Assembly: GCF_004010195.1 (NCBI RefSeq)
Contig: NC_057750.1
Location: 192,734 to 256,733 of the forward strand
Source: Chiloscyllium plagiosum
Taxonomy: Eukaryota
Length of the DNA stretch: 64,000 nt
Direction of reading: 5' to 3'
Shown here: in pieces, positions 25,723 to 38,915 of the stretch
Layout: each line of letters starts with the position of its first letter
Position numbering within the stretch: the first letter of the stretch is position 1
Position numbers and translations under genes: made by a program
The notes under the pieces: generated by a model
What the model saw: only the letters and a program-made list of their open reading frames with translations
Told to the model about the DNA's origin: nothing
Databases searched by the model: none

Positions 25723-26369
25723 ACTGTGCAGTCATTTCCGTTATGAATGAATTTGACTCCATCATCCACTCATTTTTTGCTTTTTAGATCTTAGCATCCG
25801 TCAGTGTGAAGAAATTTCTCCTCCACTTCCTTTCCCGTTAATTTTATGTTTATGATCTCTGGTTATCACTCACTTATCGAAGCAAACAGCATCTCCCAGA
25901 TAGCCTTGTAAAACCCCTCATCATGTTGAACAACATGCATTAGATTTTGTTTAAACTTTCCTTGTCACGAATCAAAGAGACTGATCTATTCTGAAGGTAA
26001 ATTCAGCTGGGACTGGGGAGTCCAAGGTCATGAGTTGAGGCCACAATCAGTTTGGTTAGGCTTAATAATGGGCTGAATAGCCTGTTTCTTTCTCTGTCCT
26101 CTTACTCTTTTTATGCTATGTGGGGAAAATACATAATTCAAAGAAAAAAAATGCCAGTTTTATTTATAACGATATAATGTGACTAGCTTCTTTTCAATGT
26201 ACACTCAAAATTCAATTCATTTTCAACTCAAGCTCAATAATGTGGAAATAATTCCATCAGTTTTATAATCAGTGTTGTCCCTTTTACTAAAGCTTTTATT
26301 TCATAACCAGGCTGGGAAAAAAAAACTGGAATTTCTGCTAGTGGACATGTTCATATCATTTTACCGTAA

Positions 26370-26605
26370 GAGCATAAGCAGAATTAGGCCATTCAGCCCA
26401 TTGAGTCTGCTCCACCATTTGATCATGGCTGATATGTTTCTCAATGCCATTCACCTGCTTTCTCCCCATGATCTTTGACCTCCTTAACAATCAAGAACCT
26501 ATCTGTCTCTGTTTTAGGTACTCAATGACCTGGCCTCATAGCCTCCTGTAGCAATGAGTTCCATAGATTCACCAGCCTCTGGCTGAAGAGATTCCTCCTC
26601 ATTCG
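26370..26605 (-). mobile_element. CR1 3' fragment
   Basis: ggccattcagcccattgagtctgctcc..gatcatggctgat..agattcaccagcctctggctgaag. Confidence 0.8.
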
Positions 26606-26771
26606 CAATTAAACTTTACTTTTAAACAAAATACAAACACTCCTGAGATCTCACATTTCAATTTATTTTTTGCCCAGTTGGTCCCAGTTTCTCTGGAATT
26701 TTTATTTGCAGGGTTAGTGCAACAAACTACACTTTACACACATCAGAAACACAGCTGTGGTCTGTGTTAGC

Positions 26772-27040
26772 ACTGTGGCTCAAGGTCAGCACTGCTACCT
26801 CACAGTGCCAGGGACCTGGGTTCGATCCCAACCTTGTGAGACTGTCTGTGTGGACTATGCACATTCCATCCATGTCTGCATTGGTTTCCTCTGGTTTCCT
26901 TCCACAGTCCAAAGATGTGCAGATTAGCTGGATTGGCCATGGTTAGGGAGGATCTGGGCGGGATGCTATTTGGAGGGTCAGTGCTGACCCGATGGGCCAA
27001 ATGGCCTCTTTCACACTCGAGATTCTGAAATAGCTCTGGA
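26772..27040 (+). mobile_element. HE1-type V-SINE, decayed
   Basis: gggttcgatccc B box and V-domain. Confidence 0.8.
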
Positions 27041-27194
27041 ATCATGAGGTGGCTTTGTTGCAACAAAGCAGCTTGCTTTTTCTGAGCTGCAGTGCGAGGG
27101 CAAAGCTGGGATCACCGACCAAGAACAACTGCCCGGTCAACTTGTGAAAGTAGGAGAGTGGCCCAATCCATCCTCCAATACCTGCTGAACATCC

Positions 27195-27885
27195 AAAGCA
27201 AGAGCAGCTGTAAGCCATTCAGCCCTTTGACCCTGCTCCATTCAATAAGATGATGGCTGATATGTATAAGTTGGTATTCCACATTCTCATTTACCCTCAA
27301 CAACATTTATTCCTAGACCATCGAGAATGTATCTCACTAATCGATGCAGAAAGGACCCCTTTGCCCATTGATTCTGCACTGACATAACTACCACTAAAAG
27401 TGCAACAATCCCAAGTAGACTCATACACAGGCCATGTCAGAAGGTAGTTGAGATCCAACCAGATTGCTGTGCGTCTGGAGTCACATGTCAGCCAGATCAG
27501 GTGAGGATGGTGATTTCCTTCCCTGGTGGACATTAGTAAACTAATCGGTCTCAAAAATATTCAATGACCCACTTCGCCTACTTTCTGAGACAGAGAGTTG
27601 CACAAACTCTCCGAGAGATAAAAACTCCCCTCCTCTCTGTCCTGAAAGGGTGATCCCTAATTTTAAATCAGTGTCCCCTAGTCCTGGACTGACCCACCAG
27701 AGGAACCATCCTTTCCCCATCCACCCTGTCCAGTCCATTCAGAATCTGATACACTTCAATTAAATCATCCCCTCACTCTCTAAACCCCAGTGGGAAGAAG
27801 CCAGTCTGTCCAACCTTGCCCCATCAAACAACCCTCTCCTTCCAGGTATCAATCCAGTACACCTCTGCTGAAACATTTCCAACAG
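27195..27885 (-). mobile_element. CR1 3' fragments with nested SINE-B piece (~27425-27545)
   Basis: ccattcagccctttgaccctgctcc..; tgtcccctagtcctggact; ttccttccctggtggacattagt. Confidence 0.68.
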
Positions 27886-29349
27886 GGGATGCTCTGACAG
27901 CTGGTAGGGTCTCAGAATGCGTTGCTGGGAATCTGTGCCAGGGACTACACTGTTTCTTAGCTTAGTTTGAGCAGTACAGGACCAAACTGCCTTGAATCAA
28001 TTAGCACCAGGGGGAAGAGATAGGAAGTCAGGACTCAGCAAGGAGTGGTTTGTGTCACTTTTGGGTTTGTTCAGCCTGTTAGAGTTCAGTAGATGCTGTG
28101 ATAAAATCCTTCACACCAAGAGGCTGTACAAACAATCTTACAGAGTGTCAGAAACAACAAGAGCAAAGTTTAAGGATGCACTGACCACGATTTTATCACA
28201 TGGAGAATGATTGGATGGCATGGAAGTCAGGTAAAGGATTTTACCTCTGGTTTTGTGCCCTTACTGGGCACCCTCAGTGAGACAGGATGACTGGGCTGTG
28301 AACTGGGAAGTATTGTACGCTGCAAAAGCTACATGAGGGTCCTGAGTGTGTTTCAAAAATCTTGTTTAGATAAGCACAGATTTACTCCCCTTCCCATCTT
28401 CCCCACCACCTATCACCTCTCTGTCAAACACATGCAAAAACAGGAAGACAGGTCAGAGAGCTTTGGGTTCAAATACCTCTGTGACAGAGAGATGGGTGGA
28501 GGAGTGGGAAACTGACACATTCTATTGTTTCAAACAAATCAGGAAAGAATGCATGGAGTTGAATGCAAGGAGTGCCTGACAGCTGCACTGGTGTAGATTT
28601 AACCGCACATCGCCACGAGTGAGAATCTCTCAATCTGTACTTCCATCTAAAATAACTTCAAAGGACAAGTAAGTGTTTCACTTGCCCCCAGACTGACTTT
28701 GGTGCTTTGCTGAATCTTAAAACAATGAACACATGTGACTTTGTAAAGGGAGCTGACTGTGAAGGGTGTGAGGCAATTTAGTTATCACATACAATGCTTC
28801 AATGCTTGTCATCCTCCACATTAATCCCCCATCTGCACAGACATTATTAACAATCAACATTTAAATAATTGAAAAATAAATGAACATGCTACATAGATTA
28901 AAAAGGGGGCACATTAATCAGAATCCAATTTTCACTGCGATGAATGAGAGATTTTGTCTTAATATCTAATCCTTTGATAGATAAAGAATTGACCCAGACT
29001 TCAAATGATACTTGATTCTCTTTTAGAACTTGCCACTTATAATAGGAGATTGTTGCAACAGTACTGGATCAATCCCTCTCCCCATTGTCCCCTAAAACTA
29101 ATTCCAAATGCCATCACTGCTTTCACCTTCTGTTTATGGAAGACAAGAGAAATCTAATTTTCTGTTCAGAATTTGACATCATCTGTCTCCCATTTGCTGC
29201 AAAAATCATCTTGTTTTTTAACAGGAGATGTTGCGGAATTCTGTTTGCTGTAGTTCCCAGGGGATTTTCTTTGCGTAGATTCTGTTTGTTGTCAGACTTA
29301 CATTTCCCTCAATTCACTGACTGACACAATGGGTTTGAAGCAGAGCTGC

Positions 29350-30030
29350 CTCACTGAGGACTCTCAGAGTGTGGAAGTCTGCAGAAGACCAACACGTCTT
29401 CCCTCATGCAAAATCCAGGGCCATCATTCACCAACCTGTAGGCTAACAGTGATGGCTGGTGGTTTCAGGGAGTCTGGGGCCCTGGAGATCATAAACCAAT
29501 CAACTTGTAAGGAGTTGACTGGAAAACCTCTCAGTCAATCACAGTGGAATCCCACCTCATCAGAAGCTGCTAACCAATCAGAGGTTTATCTACGTCCTAA
29601 AGCACATTGATCATGGACTAGCCTTCAGGGGATCCAATGACATGAAGGGAAGTGGTTTTTGTTTGCTGCTCATTGGTCACAGAGGGGGATAGGTTTCAGT
29701 GGGGCTAGAGGTAAGAGCAATGGGGTGGCTTCAGAAGCCATGCCCTGGACACCCATCCACCCCTCTGATTGCCCCAGATTGGGGCAAATGGAGACCATGC
29801 ACTTTAACCTAGTAAATAGCTTGCCTTGGTTTGTCTGGGCAGGAAATTGGGCAAGTTGGGGCAGTGATGGGTTCAGGCCCCGAAGTGACCATTAATTGAC
29901 CACTTTAGGGCTTCAAGTCAGCATTTAATTGATGTTATGGCAGGAAGGGGGCAAATATCTGTCCAGGGCCAGCTAACCCAATTATCCCCCCTTCTCACCA
30001 CCTCCAGAGAGGGGACATGTCTGCCCCTGA
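29350..30030. mobile_element. Probable decayed non-autonomous DNA transposon
   Basis: GC-richer block with quasi-palindrome ggccccgaagtgaccattaattgaccactttagggc (~29876-29912); a similar core occurs near 36625-36660. Confidence 0.35.
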
Positions 30031-31319
30031 GATTTTTGAGTCAGGTAATGTGGCCGGTCCTTTGATGATTGCTCCCCTGGTTTACCTGATTGGTCCAGCC
30101 CTTTGCTGTTACCTGTACCTGTGTGAAAATCACATCAAGAGACATACGTGAATGTTGGTATTGCAAATTATTGTTGCCTCCTGGTACAGTCCGGCAGTTG
30201 GACCATCTTAGTGCTAACTAGAATCAGAGTGACATTGTGCCATACCCAGGCGAATACTCTACTGCTGTTTAACTCTCTCTGTCCCACTTTGAGCCTGACA
30301 GAGAGGATTACAATTGACCTCTTGGTGCCCTCTGCCTCATTAGTGCTAATAAAGTGGGATGTCCTAAACTCAGATTTTTTAAATTGTAAATGAAAGAGGG
30401 ATGAATGGAAAGGAAGGTGTGTGCCAATTCCTGGGGGATCGAGAGGTTGTGGTGGCAACATTGAAGGAGGAATTGGATGCAGCAAAGCTTTCTCGATTCA
30501 TTTGATCCTATCAGCTCTCTCCTGGCTCTCATTATTTTACTTTTCCTATTTAGCAAAATTTATGACCTTGTGCTCAATAACTATTATTTTCCCTGCTTTG
30601 TGAAGAAACCCATTATTTATTAAATAAGCAACCAAATCGCCTTTACTTTGCTTTTGTTGACCCTGAATAAATCGTGTTGGAGACTTGCCAGGTTCAGTGG
30701 TAGCAATAAATCATTTAATACAAACTAATGTATTTAGCAAATGGTAAATAACTTTCCTCACTACATACCTGAACTTCCCACGTAATGTAAATAAATAATT
30801 GATACATCTGCCTTTGTCTCACATCCCGATGGCCAATCTGAAAATCCAGGGCACAGCTTGTATTCATCCTTTAGATATATGAACTCTCCCTGGTTCGCAC
30901 TCACACATTATTTCTATGTTTCTTTGTCTCTTTATCTTGCTTTGTTTCTCTTCCCTTGTTTGCTCATTTTTTGAATACTTTTACTCAATTGCAAAGCTGG
31001 GTTCCAAATGGAAATAAGAGAACTGTTTTCTAACTTTTAGTTCCCACTGCCTTTGGTAGTTCTCTATAGTTACATAAGCAGCTCGGTATGCTTTTCGACG
31101 GCTCAGATTTCTTTTTTCATTCAGTATTTGCTTAGTAGAACAGACCTTAAAAATTGCTCAAAAAAAGAGTCAATTTTGTTTGAACTCATGAGGACTGACA
31201 CACACAAAAAAACAAAACTAAGAAAGGGCATACCAGTATGAAATGAGGGTTCTGATTAGTTAGACCATGGTTGGCACAAGGTTGCAGCAAGAATGATCAG
31301 TCTTCATTTGCTGAGGTGA

Positions 31320-31681
31320 TGTCAAAGTGAGAATGTCACAGGACAAGTAATTCAGAATCTCAAGATAATGTTCCAGAGACATGGGTTTGAATCCCGCCAT
31401 GATGGACGGTGAAAACCCAATTCAACAAAAAGCTGACATAATGACAACCATGTTATCATTGCTCATTGTCATCAAAACCCATTTGGTTCACTCATGCTCT
31501 TGAGGGAAGGAAACTGCCGTCCTTACCCAGTTTTGCCTACATGTGACTCCAGACCCTTAGCAATGTGGTTGACTCTAATTGCTCACTGAAATGGCTGAAC
31601 AAACCATCACACTCAGAAATGGCCCATAAACACTGTCCTCGCCAGCATTGCCCACTTCTCTCGAACAAATTAGAAAAAAAA
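31320..31681 (+). mobile_element. tRNA-derived SINE family B
   Basis: gggtttgaatccc B box; ggttcactcatgctcttgagggaaggaaactgccgtccttacc..acatgtgactccagac; A-tail. A second 3' piece lies at ~31815-31957. Confidence 0.8.
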
Positions 31682-32344
31682 CAGAAGGCGATCATTTGAT
31701 CCCTTTAGCCTTATCCATCACCCAATTGAACATTGGCTAACATGTACCTCAACTCTGTTTCCCTATCTTGCTTTCATTTTCTTGATATCCCTCCTTACTT
31801 TCCTACCTTATCTGCTGTCATTACATGGTCTGGCCTACCTGTGATTCCTAACCCACAGCAATGTGGTTGACTCCTACCTGCCTTGGGCATTTGTGATGGT
31901 CAGTAGATGCTAACCTTTTTGGCAATGCCCATGTCTCATGGCCAAATGGAAAAAAATCTTAGTTGATTAAATTCAAACCAGACTGGTGGATCTGATTGGT
32001 CAGGGCATTGCTATAGGGAATGTAGCAGGATCTGGGAGTGTCTGTTTTGCTCAATGAGTATATTTCGGAATTTAGCTTTATCAATTCCATCCTACAGTTA
32101 CATTCACCATTAAAATGGAGTAATCAAATAAGCTCCCTATCCTCTATGATTAAATTGAGAAATCTGCCAGTCAGTTCTCTCCCGCTGTCCAACAAAAGCC
32201 AACGGTTAATGGTCAATAACCACACCGGGACTTGTACAACCCACAGACTACATGTTCAATTGTATTAGTAACCTTGTGAACAAGACCTTCAGCTCACCAT
32301 ATAGTTTGGTGCTGGGATGGGTCATATCAAAACTGTCCTGTGTG

Positions 32345-32850
32345 ATAATGGATACCCTCATCAAACCATTGCTCACAGTGTATCACATAAACTTATAAAA
32401 GGGCCATTGGCCACCCTTTTGTCTCTGAACGATGTCCAGTCTGCTTCAGGTTATCCTGAATGGGAAAGGTTTCTCAAACTTGAAAGCAACAGGTGAAGTT
32501 ATCTGCCTCACACTGCTACTTCACAGTAAACATGCCAGAGGTGTTCTTCACTAACAAGGTGGTGACACCAAGCCAGGAAGATTCTTTGTTCACTTAACAA
32601 ATGAATAACGTGGTATATGAGCATCAGTGCTGGTGTGGTGACCAGTATGTAGGCTGTGGATAATATTAAACAGCATGTCCCTTTCAGCCTTCATAGTGGC
32701 ACCATGCTGAGCGAGCTCAACTAACTCATGCTTCTAAATCTCAGCACATCATATCCAACATCAGTTATGAGTCTGTAATTGTACAACATTTACTAACTAA
32801 TTCTGACTGTGCTAAGAATTGCACTGGAGAACAATTCCAGATTTTTGGTT
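32345..32850 (+). mobile_element. Decayed Penelope-like element, GIY-YIG endonuclease region (distinct from family A)
   Basis: MNNVVYEHQCWCGDQYVG (~32601-32655) fits the PLE VVY..C.C...YVG motif; stops and frameshifts present. Confidence 0.65.
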
Positions 32851-32860
32851 GGGCTTGGCG

Positions 32861-32940
32861 CCATTCCTGATGAAGGGCTTTTGTCTGAAACATCGATTTT
32901 CCTGCTTTCCCAGCACCACTCTAATCTTGACTCTGATCTT
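32861..32940 (+). mobile_element. PLE family A terminal fragment with decayed hammerhead
   Basis: ctgatgaagggcttttgtctgaaacatcg. Confidence 0.7.
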
Positions 32941-33210
32941 TGAGAGGCCCTATTCACTCCCTAGTTACCTTTTTGTCCTTGATGTTTTTATAGAATTGCT
33001 TTGGATTCTCCTTAACCCTATTTGCTAAATCTATCTCATGTCCCCTTTTTGCCCTCCTGATTTTCCTCTTAAGTATACTCCTATTCCCTTTATATTCTTT
33101 TAAGGATTCACTCAATCTCTGCTGTCTATAGCTGACATATGCTTCCTTCTTTTTCTTAACCAAAACTTCAATTTCTCAAGTTATCCAGCTTTCCCTACAC
33201 CTATCAGCCT
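32940..33210 (-). mobile_element. CR1 ORF2 internal fragment
   Basis: KIRRAKRGHEIDLANRVKENPKQFY. Confidence 0.85.
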
Positions 33211-34509
33211 TGTGTTTGGGGAATGGTTTAATGTGGGAAACAGCTGGAGAATTCAATGAGAAAGACCAATGATTGGTGGTTTGAATAGCTGTGATGGTTA
33301 CGTGATTTGACAGCTATAGCATTTAGACAGTGAGTGAAGTCAAGTCAATTACCCCCACCCACATCTCCTTTGTACCAGGCCCACTGGCAAACCCATCAAT
33401 TACCCCTCAACGGGTTAAAGGATTTCTCTTTGCAACAGAATCTACACCACTTCAATTTAAACTTTCAATAGATTCTTACTGGATTTGCCAGGCCTCACTA
33501 CTTCACTTCCTGGTCATCAAATATCTGTGGAACACTTAAATTACCCTTCTCCTGGCTGTGTGCTCAGAGAACATTCTGGTAATCATCTTTAAAAAGCATA
33601 ACATGTGAACTGATTCTGTCTCAAGGACAGTGTGAGTGAAGAGCTATTTGATATTACATGGCTGAAATTCAATACTTTAATAGCATCCAGATTTAAACCG
33701 TATTAAAGGGATGTATCTGCGGAATTGCTTCCTAATCCAAAATGTTATTAAAAGACGACGATTCGGTGACTCTCAGGAATCTCCGGTTGCTTCTTGGTAT
33801 CTGTGCATTACCTAACAACAATCTGCAGTAACTGAACATGGAGACACACATTAGGCCCTGAGCAGGATGGAGAATGTTGTATGTGAGCAGCTGTGCTCAA
33901 GAGATTTGGCAGGTGGACGGGGCATGTGAGGGTGAGGGGGAAGTGGTGAACAGTTTGCAAAGATTTGGGAGAGGAGTTTTGAATGTGCCCCCACAATAAT
34001 TACAGAATCAAACCTTGGGTACCATCCCATTGCCTCACTGTCACCATTGGAACTATCCCCTTCCCATTCCTTCCCCCCTGACCTTGCTCCTTGTCCCTCC
34101 TCTCATTCTACAAAATCATATTTAACCAAACAGACTTACCTCATCATACAGTCATATTCTCATTTCAACCCTGACTACTGTGGCCTTACCCTGTAACTAC
34201 GTTTTTGCATTGTCTAACCAGCTCACTGCTGTGTATAATCCAGTTAAGTACTTTAACAGCTTTAGGTCCTTTGTCTGTGGGAGTAAAGTTATTTCCCAAT
34301 TTGTGCAACTTCAGTGTGGGTTTAATCATGCGGCTTTATTGTTATAAGATAATCATTTATGTACCATAGTTCCTGTGACTAAATATTTACTTGCAGCTCT
34401 TACTTCTTTTCAATTTACATTAAATAAGTAATTCAGATATTTTAAAAATAGGCTTTTCACTGAATCCCTTGGTGCTGAGTTTCAGGAGCTGTTTTGCCTG
34501 TACAGCAGC

Positions 34510-35310
34510 GATGACACAGTTGTGTGATGTGAATGTTACTTGCCACTGGATATTGTCCAGTTTTTCCTGCATTTGGATAAGGCTGGTTCAGTATTTGAGG
34601 AGTCGTGAATGGTGCTGAACATTGTGTCATCATCAGCGTATATCCGAACTTTGTAGCGTCCCTACAATGTGGAAACAAGCCCTTCATCGCATCCGGTCCA
34701 CACTGAGCCTCCAAAGAAATTCATCCCACCCAGGCCTTATCCCTGTTATCCTGCATTTCCCAAGGCTAACAGGAGAAATGAGCATGGCCAATCACCCTAA
34801 CCTGGACATCTTTGGATTGTGAAAGGAAACCAGAGTACTGAGGAAACCCACACAGACATGGGGAGAATGTGCAAACTCCATACAGTCAGTCACCCGAGGC
34901 TGGAATTGAACTCAGGCCCTTGTAGCTCTGAAGTATCATTAGTGTTAACCACTGAGCCATCCTACTGCCCACTTCTGACCTCATGATGGAGGGGAGGTCA
35001 TTAATGAAGCAGCTGAAGATGGTTGGTCCTAGGACACTCCCCTGAGGAACTCCTGCAGAGATGTCCTGGATCTAAGATGACTGACCTCCAACAACCACAA
35101 CCACAACCACTTTTCTATATATCAGGTAGGAGAGAACTTTTCCTGATTCACATTAGCTTCAATTTTGCTGGGATCGTTGAAGCTGAAATTGGTCAAATGT
35201 GACCTTGATGTCAAAGGCTGTCAATTTCACCTCACCTCTGGAATTGAACTTTGGTCAGTGTTTGAACCAGAGAACAAAGTGCTCCTGGCAGAACCTGAAC
35301 TGAGCACCAG
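34510..35310 (-). mobile_element. Non-LTR family B RT fragment split by an HE1 SINE (~34650-34965)
   Basis: ctgaggaactcctgcagagatgtcc (AGVPQG on minus strand); SINE V-domain ggggagaatgtgcaaactcc. Confidence 0.8.
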
Positions 35311-35327
35311 AACCTGAGCCAATTAGT

Positions 35328-35725
35328 GGGATGCCTCATCTTCCACTTCAGAACCCTTCAACCCCAGATATCAATGTGGACTTCACCAGTTTCCGCACCT
35401 TACCCCAGTTCCAACCTTCCAGCTCAGCACCATCCTCATGATCTGTCCCACCTGTCAATCTTCCTTCCCACTCCACCCTCCTGTCCGATCTATCACCTTT
35501 ACTCCTTCCTCCATCCACTTATTGCACTCTTAACTACCTTCTCCCCAACCCCAGCCCCTTAAAGTTATCTCTCCACCCCCCAAAGCTTCCAGCCTCATTC
35601 TGATGAAGGGCTCCTGCCCGAAAGGTCAATTTTCTTGCTCCTCGGATGCTGCCTGACCTGCTGTGCTTTTCCAGCACAACTCTAATGTTGACTCTAATCT
35701 CCAGCATCTGCAGTACTCACTTTGG
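35328..35725 (+). mobile_element. PLE family A 3' end (ORF C-terminus, UTR, hammerhead, tail)
   Basis: LIFHFRTLQP..INVDFTSF; att-CTGATGA-A-GGGC(TCCT)GCCC-GAAAGGTC-aat at 35597-35630; ccagcatctgcagtac tail. Confidence 0.8.
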
Positions 35726-36374
35726 CTGAGTTGATTTTAACTTTACTGCAAATCCAATTCGTGATAAGTATGTACAGCTGATTAGTTTTCCCACCAACAC
35801 TTTGTGTCACCGAGGACAATACTATGAATGAGGGAACTAGTGATGTGGAGAGATTGGAGAAGCAAGGGGTTTTCGTCTTAGAGTACAGAAGGTTTGCAAA
35901 AATATTCAAAATATGACAGTTGTGATAGAGTCTTAAGGAAGAAAACAATTATTTACTGTAAGGGATCAGAGACCAATGATTTAAAAACTGATACAATCCT
36001 GAAGGTAAATGAACTGGAAAAGGTGCTGTGAGGAAATTTGTAAGATGTTTTGATATGAATCTGAAGGAGGCAAGTTTATTGAGTTATAGAGAAAGAGCTT
36101 TGGAGATGGTCCAACTGGATCAGTCTTTCAAAGTGTTAGCACAGGCCCAATGGGCCAAATAGACCCTTTCTGTGCTGTGTGATCCCAAAGCCAGGATTTA
36201 ATGCTCCCTGCACAAATTGTGGAAGCACTGAGCTCTCTGTTATACACACAAAGTCCTGGCCAATCAGCTTCTCATGCACTGACCACTCACGGTGCACCCT
36301 AATTGGAACTTCCAGTCAAATGGATTCTGTCTCCTGGAGATTGTCACTGAACACCAAGGCGATAGGATGAAGAG

Positions 36375-36462
36375 CAGGAACAGAGGATAAACATGGAATG
36401 TTGATTCTCCTGCTCCTCAGATGCTGCCTGACCTGCTGTGATTTTCCAGTACCACATTCTCG
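36375..36462. mobile_element. PLE family A terminal fragment
   Basis: gattctcctgctcctcagatgctgcctgacctgctgtgattttccag. Confidence 0.65.
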
Positions 36463-36929
36463 ATAGGTTTTGTTTGAGGATTACAGGGAAGTAAGGGTCA
36501 AAGGGGGCAGAATCAAGGGCACTGGGGAGGTTTTCTGTGGTCACATGGCTGTTCCCCGTCACTGCCTGCAATTTCCCCATCAATCCATCAGGAAATTAGC
36601 TGGGAATGCTTCTGGTAAGGTGTGCCTTTACGTGGCTTTTAAATGATCACTTCAAGGACTTTGACTAGTGCTGGGTTTTGAAGATTGTCCATGAACTCTG
36701 TCCCCCTGATGTTAGATATGGGGATGGTGAATATCTCTCTTGAGCCAATGCAAACAGTAATTTGCCATTTTGTTCCTCCAGGAAGTTACTGTCTAGTATT
36801 TCCTGATAAGATGGGGGTGGTAGTAAACTTCTAAGCCTGGGGTTCATCCATTCCGTCTGCTTTTCTCTTCATTTCTTTACTTTTTCCTATCTTTCTTATT
36901 TTTAAAAATATCTTATTTTAATTACCTCT

Positions 36930-37585
36930 TGTTGAAGAGCTAGATTGCCAACAATGACATCGGCAGTGAGTAGGCCCAACATGGACTCATGGCCGGCAGC
37001 ATCAGAGAGGGTTTTGGTTCCCAACGGCGTTTGCATTGATTAGGCTTTCTTAGCACTGACTCATGGCTGCTGAGGCGGAGGTGAGTTTGGGTTCCTGATG
37101 GCGTCTGTGTCCAATGTAGATTCATGTATTCGGTGGTGGAGAAGACAGGTTTGGGCCCAGTATGAGACCCTGGGGCATCAGTAGCGGCAGCATCGGCAAG
37201 GTGGACCTGAAGGGGACCCACGGCGGTGGTGGAGTTGAGTTTGGGACGGTGCAGTACCTGGCAGCATCTGTGGTGTCTGTATTGGTGAGGTCCAGCGAGG
37301 ACTCAGAGCAGTGAGGGAGTCAGAGGAAGTGAGATGGTGCTGAAGAGCTGTGAAGGAGACTCATGCTTGACTATCAGCTCACTGCCCATGTCAGAGCACT
37401 CAACACGAAGGACTGTAAAGCTGGACACTTTATTTCTTCATTTTTCTGCCTCTATATTCTATGTTTGGTTCATTTTCCTGTATTTTAAGATGGTGGCAGA
37501 GAGTGGAGACATTATACAACACGTTTCACTGTATTTGGATCAAAATCCATGCGACAATAAATAAATCCAATCGAATCAAATCAAA
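36930..37585 (+). mobile_element. Unclassified GC-rich retroposon with ..gcgacaataaataaat(CAAAT)n terminus
   Basis: Abrupt CpG-rich block ending in AATAAA and a short-repeat tail; terminus shared with 16472-16590. Confidence 0.5.
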
Positions 37586-37619
37586 TGGGAAAATCAGGCC
37601 CAATGGTTATGGAGGAATC

Positions 37620-38165
37620 ATTGAAACATTGAAATATTGTGAGCAATTTTGGGCCCTTTATCTAAAGGAAAGAAGTGCGAGCATTGGAGGAGGTCCTGAG
37701 GAGGTTTTCAAGAATGATCCCATGGATGAAGGGCTTGTTAAATGAGGACTCTGGGTCTCTATTCAATAGAGTTTAGAAGGATGAGGGGGATCTCATTAAA
37801 ACTTACAAAATACTGAGACGCCTGGATAGACTGGATGTAGAGAAGATGTTTCCGTTGGTGGAAGAGACTAGGACCCGAGGGCACAGCCCCAGAGTGAAGG
37901 GTCAAAGCTTAGAACTGAGATGAGGAGGAATTTCTGCAGCCAAAAGGTGGTGACTCTGTAGAACTCGTTGTTGCAAAGGGCTGTGAAGGTCATGTCATTG
38001 AATATATTTAAGATAGAGATAGATAGGTTCCTGATTAGTAAGGGGATCAGGGCTTATGGGAAAGGGTAGGAGAGTGGGATTGAGAAATATATCAGCCATG
38101 ATCGAATGGCGGAGCAGACTCGATGGGCCAAATGGACTATTTCTGCTATACTTTATGGTCTTAAG
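37620..38165 (+). mobile_element. CR1 3' fragment
   Basis: LKYCEQFWA..; gagactaggacccgagggcacagcc; cagccatgatcgaatggcggagcagactcgatgggcc. Confidence 0.87.
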
Positions 38166-38482
38166 GTCTGATTGGATGGATTTAAAAAGAAGACTGAAGT
38201 GTTGTGACAGTTAATAGATTGTTTTCAAAGAGAAAGAAAGTATTAGTAGTTTTACAACGTCTTGGATAAATAGAAAGAGGTTTGAATCTAATTCAAATTG
38301 AAGGGGCTTTAGAATTTAAAAAATGAAAGCAGCAAAAAGGCAAAGAGAAACCGAGAAAAGGTCAAAAGGAGAATTAAAAAGGATCAGCCAAGGAAAGCAA
38401 TTCCACAATCATCAAAAGCAACCATAATGTTTTCTAACAAATTGTTCAGTGAAAAATTGATTAGAAGCGAGGTGAAGTTCAG

Positions 38483-38915
38483 ACCATAAGAAATAGGAAC
38501 AGGAGTAGGCTATTCGGCCCCTCAAACCTGCTCTGTCATTCAATAGGATCATGGCTGATCCAACGTTCCTCACTTTCCCTGTAACCCTTGATTGTCCAAC
38601 TGATCATGAATCTATCTCAGCCTGAAATATACACAACGGCTCTGCCCCAACAGCTCTCCAGGGCAAGGACTTCCAAAGACTCATAACCCTTTGAGAGAAG
38701 GAATTCCTCCCCATCTCAGTCTGGGGCCCCTTTATTCTGAGACTGCGCCCTCTAGTCCTAAACTCTCCCATGAGGGGAAACATCCTTTTAGCATTGACCC
38801 TGTCAAGCCCCTGAACAATCTGATATCGTTCAATCAAGATCGCCTTATTTTTCTAAACTCTAGTGAGTAGTGTCCCAAGCTGTTTATCCTTTGCTTAGAA
38901 GACAATCCCTCCTTG
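38483..38915 (-). mobile_element. CR1 3' fragment
   Basis: GLDRVNAKRMFPLMGEFRTRGRSL..FSQRVMSLWKSLP. Confidence 0.87.

Larger units (their letters stand above)
24509..25739 (+). mobile_element. Solo LTR (family 2) expanded by nested insertions
   Basis: Starts TGTAGTGATTG, ends gcagtcatttcc; flanks gttgt/gttat; homologous to the compact copy at 54506-54712. Confidence 0.7.
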
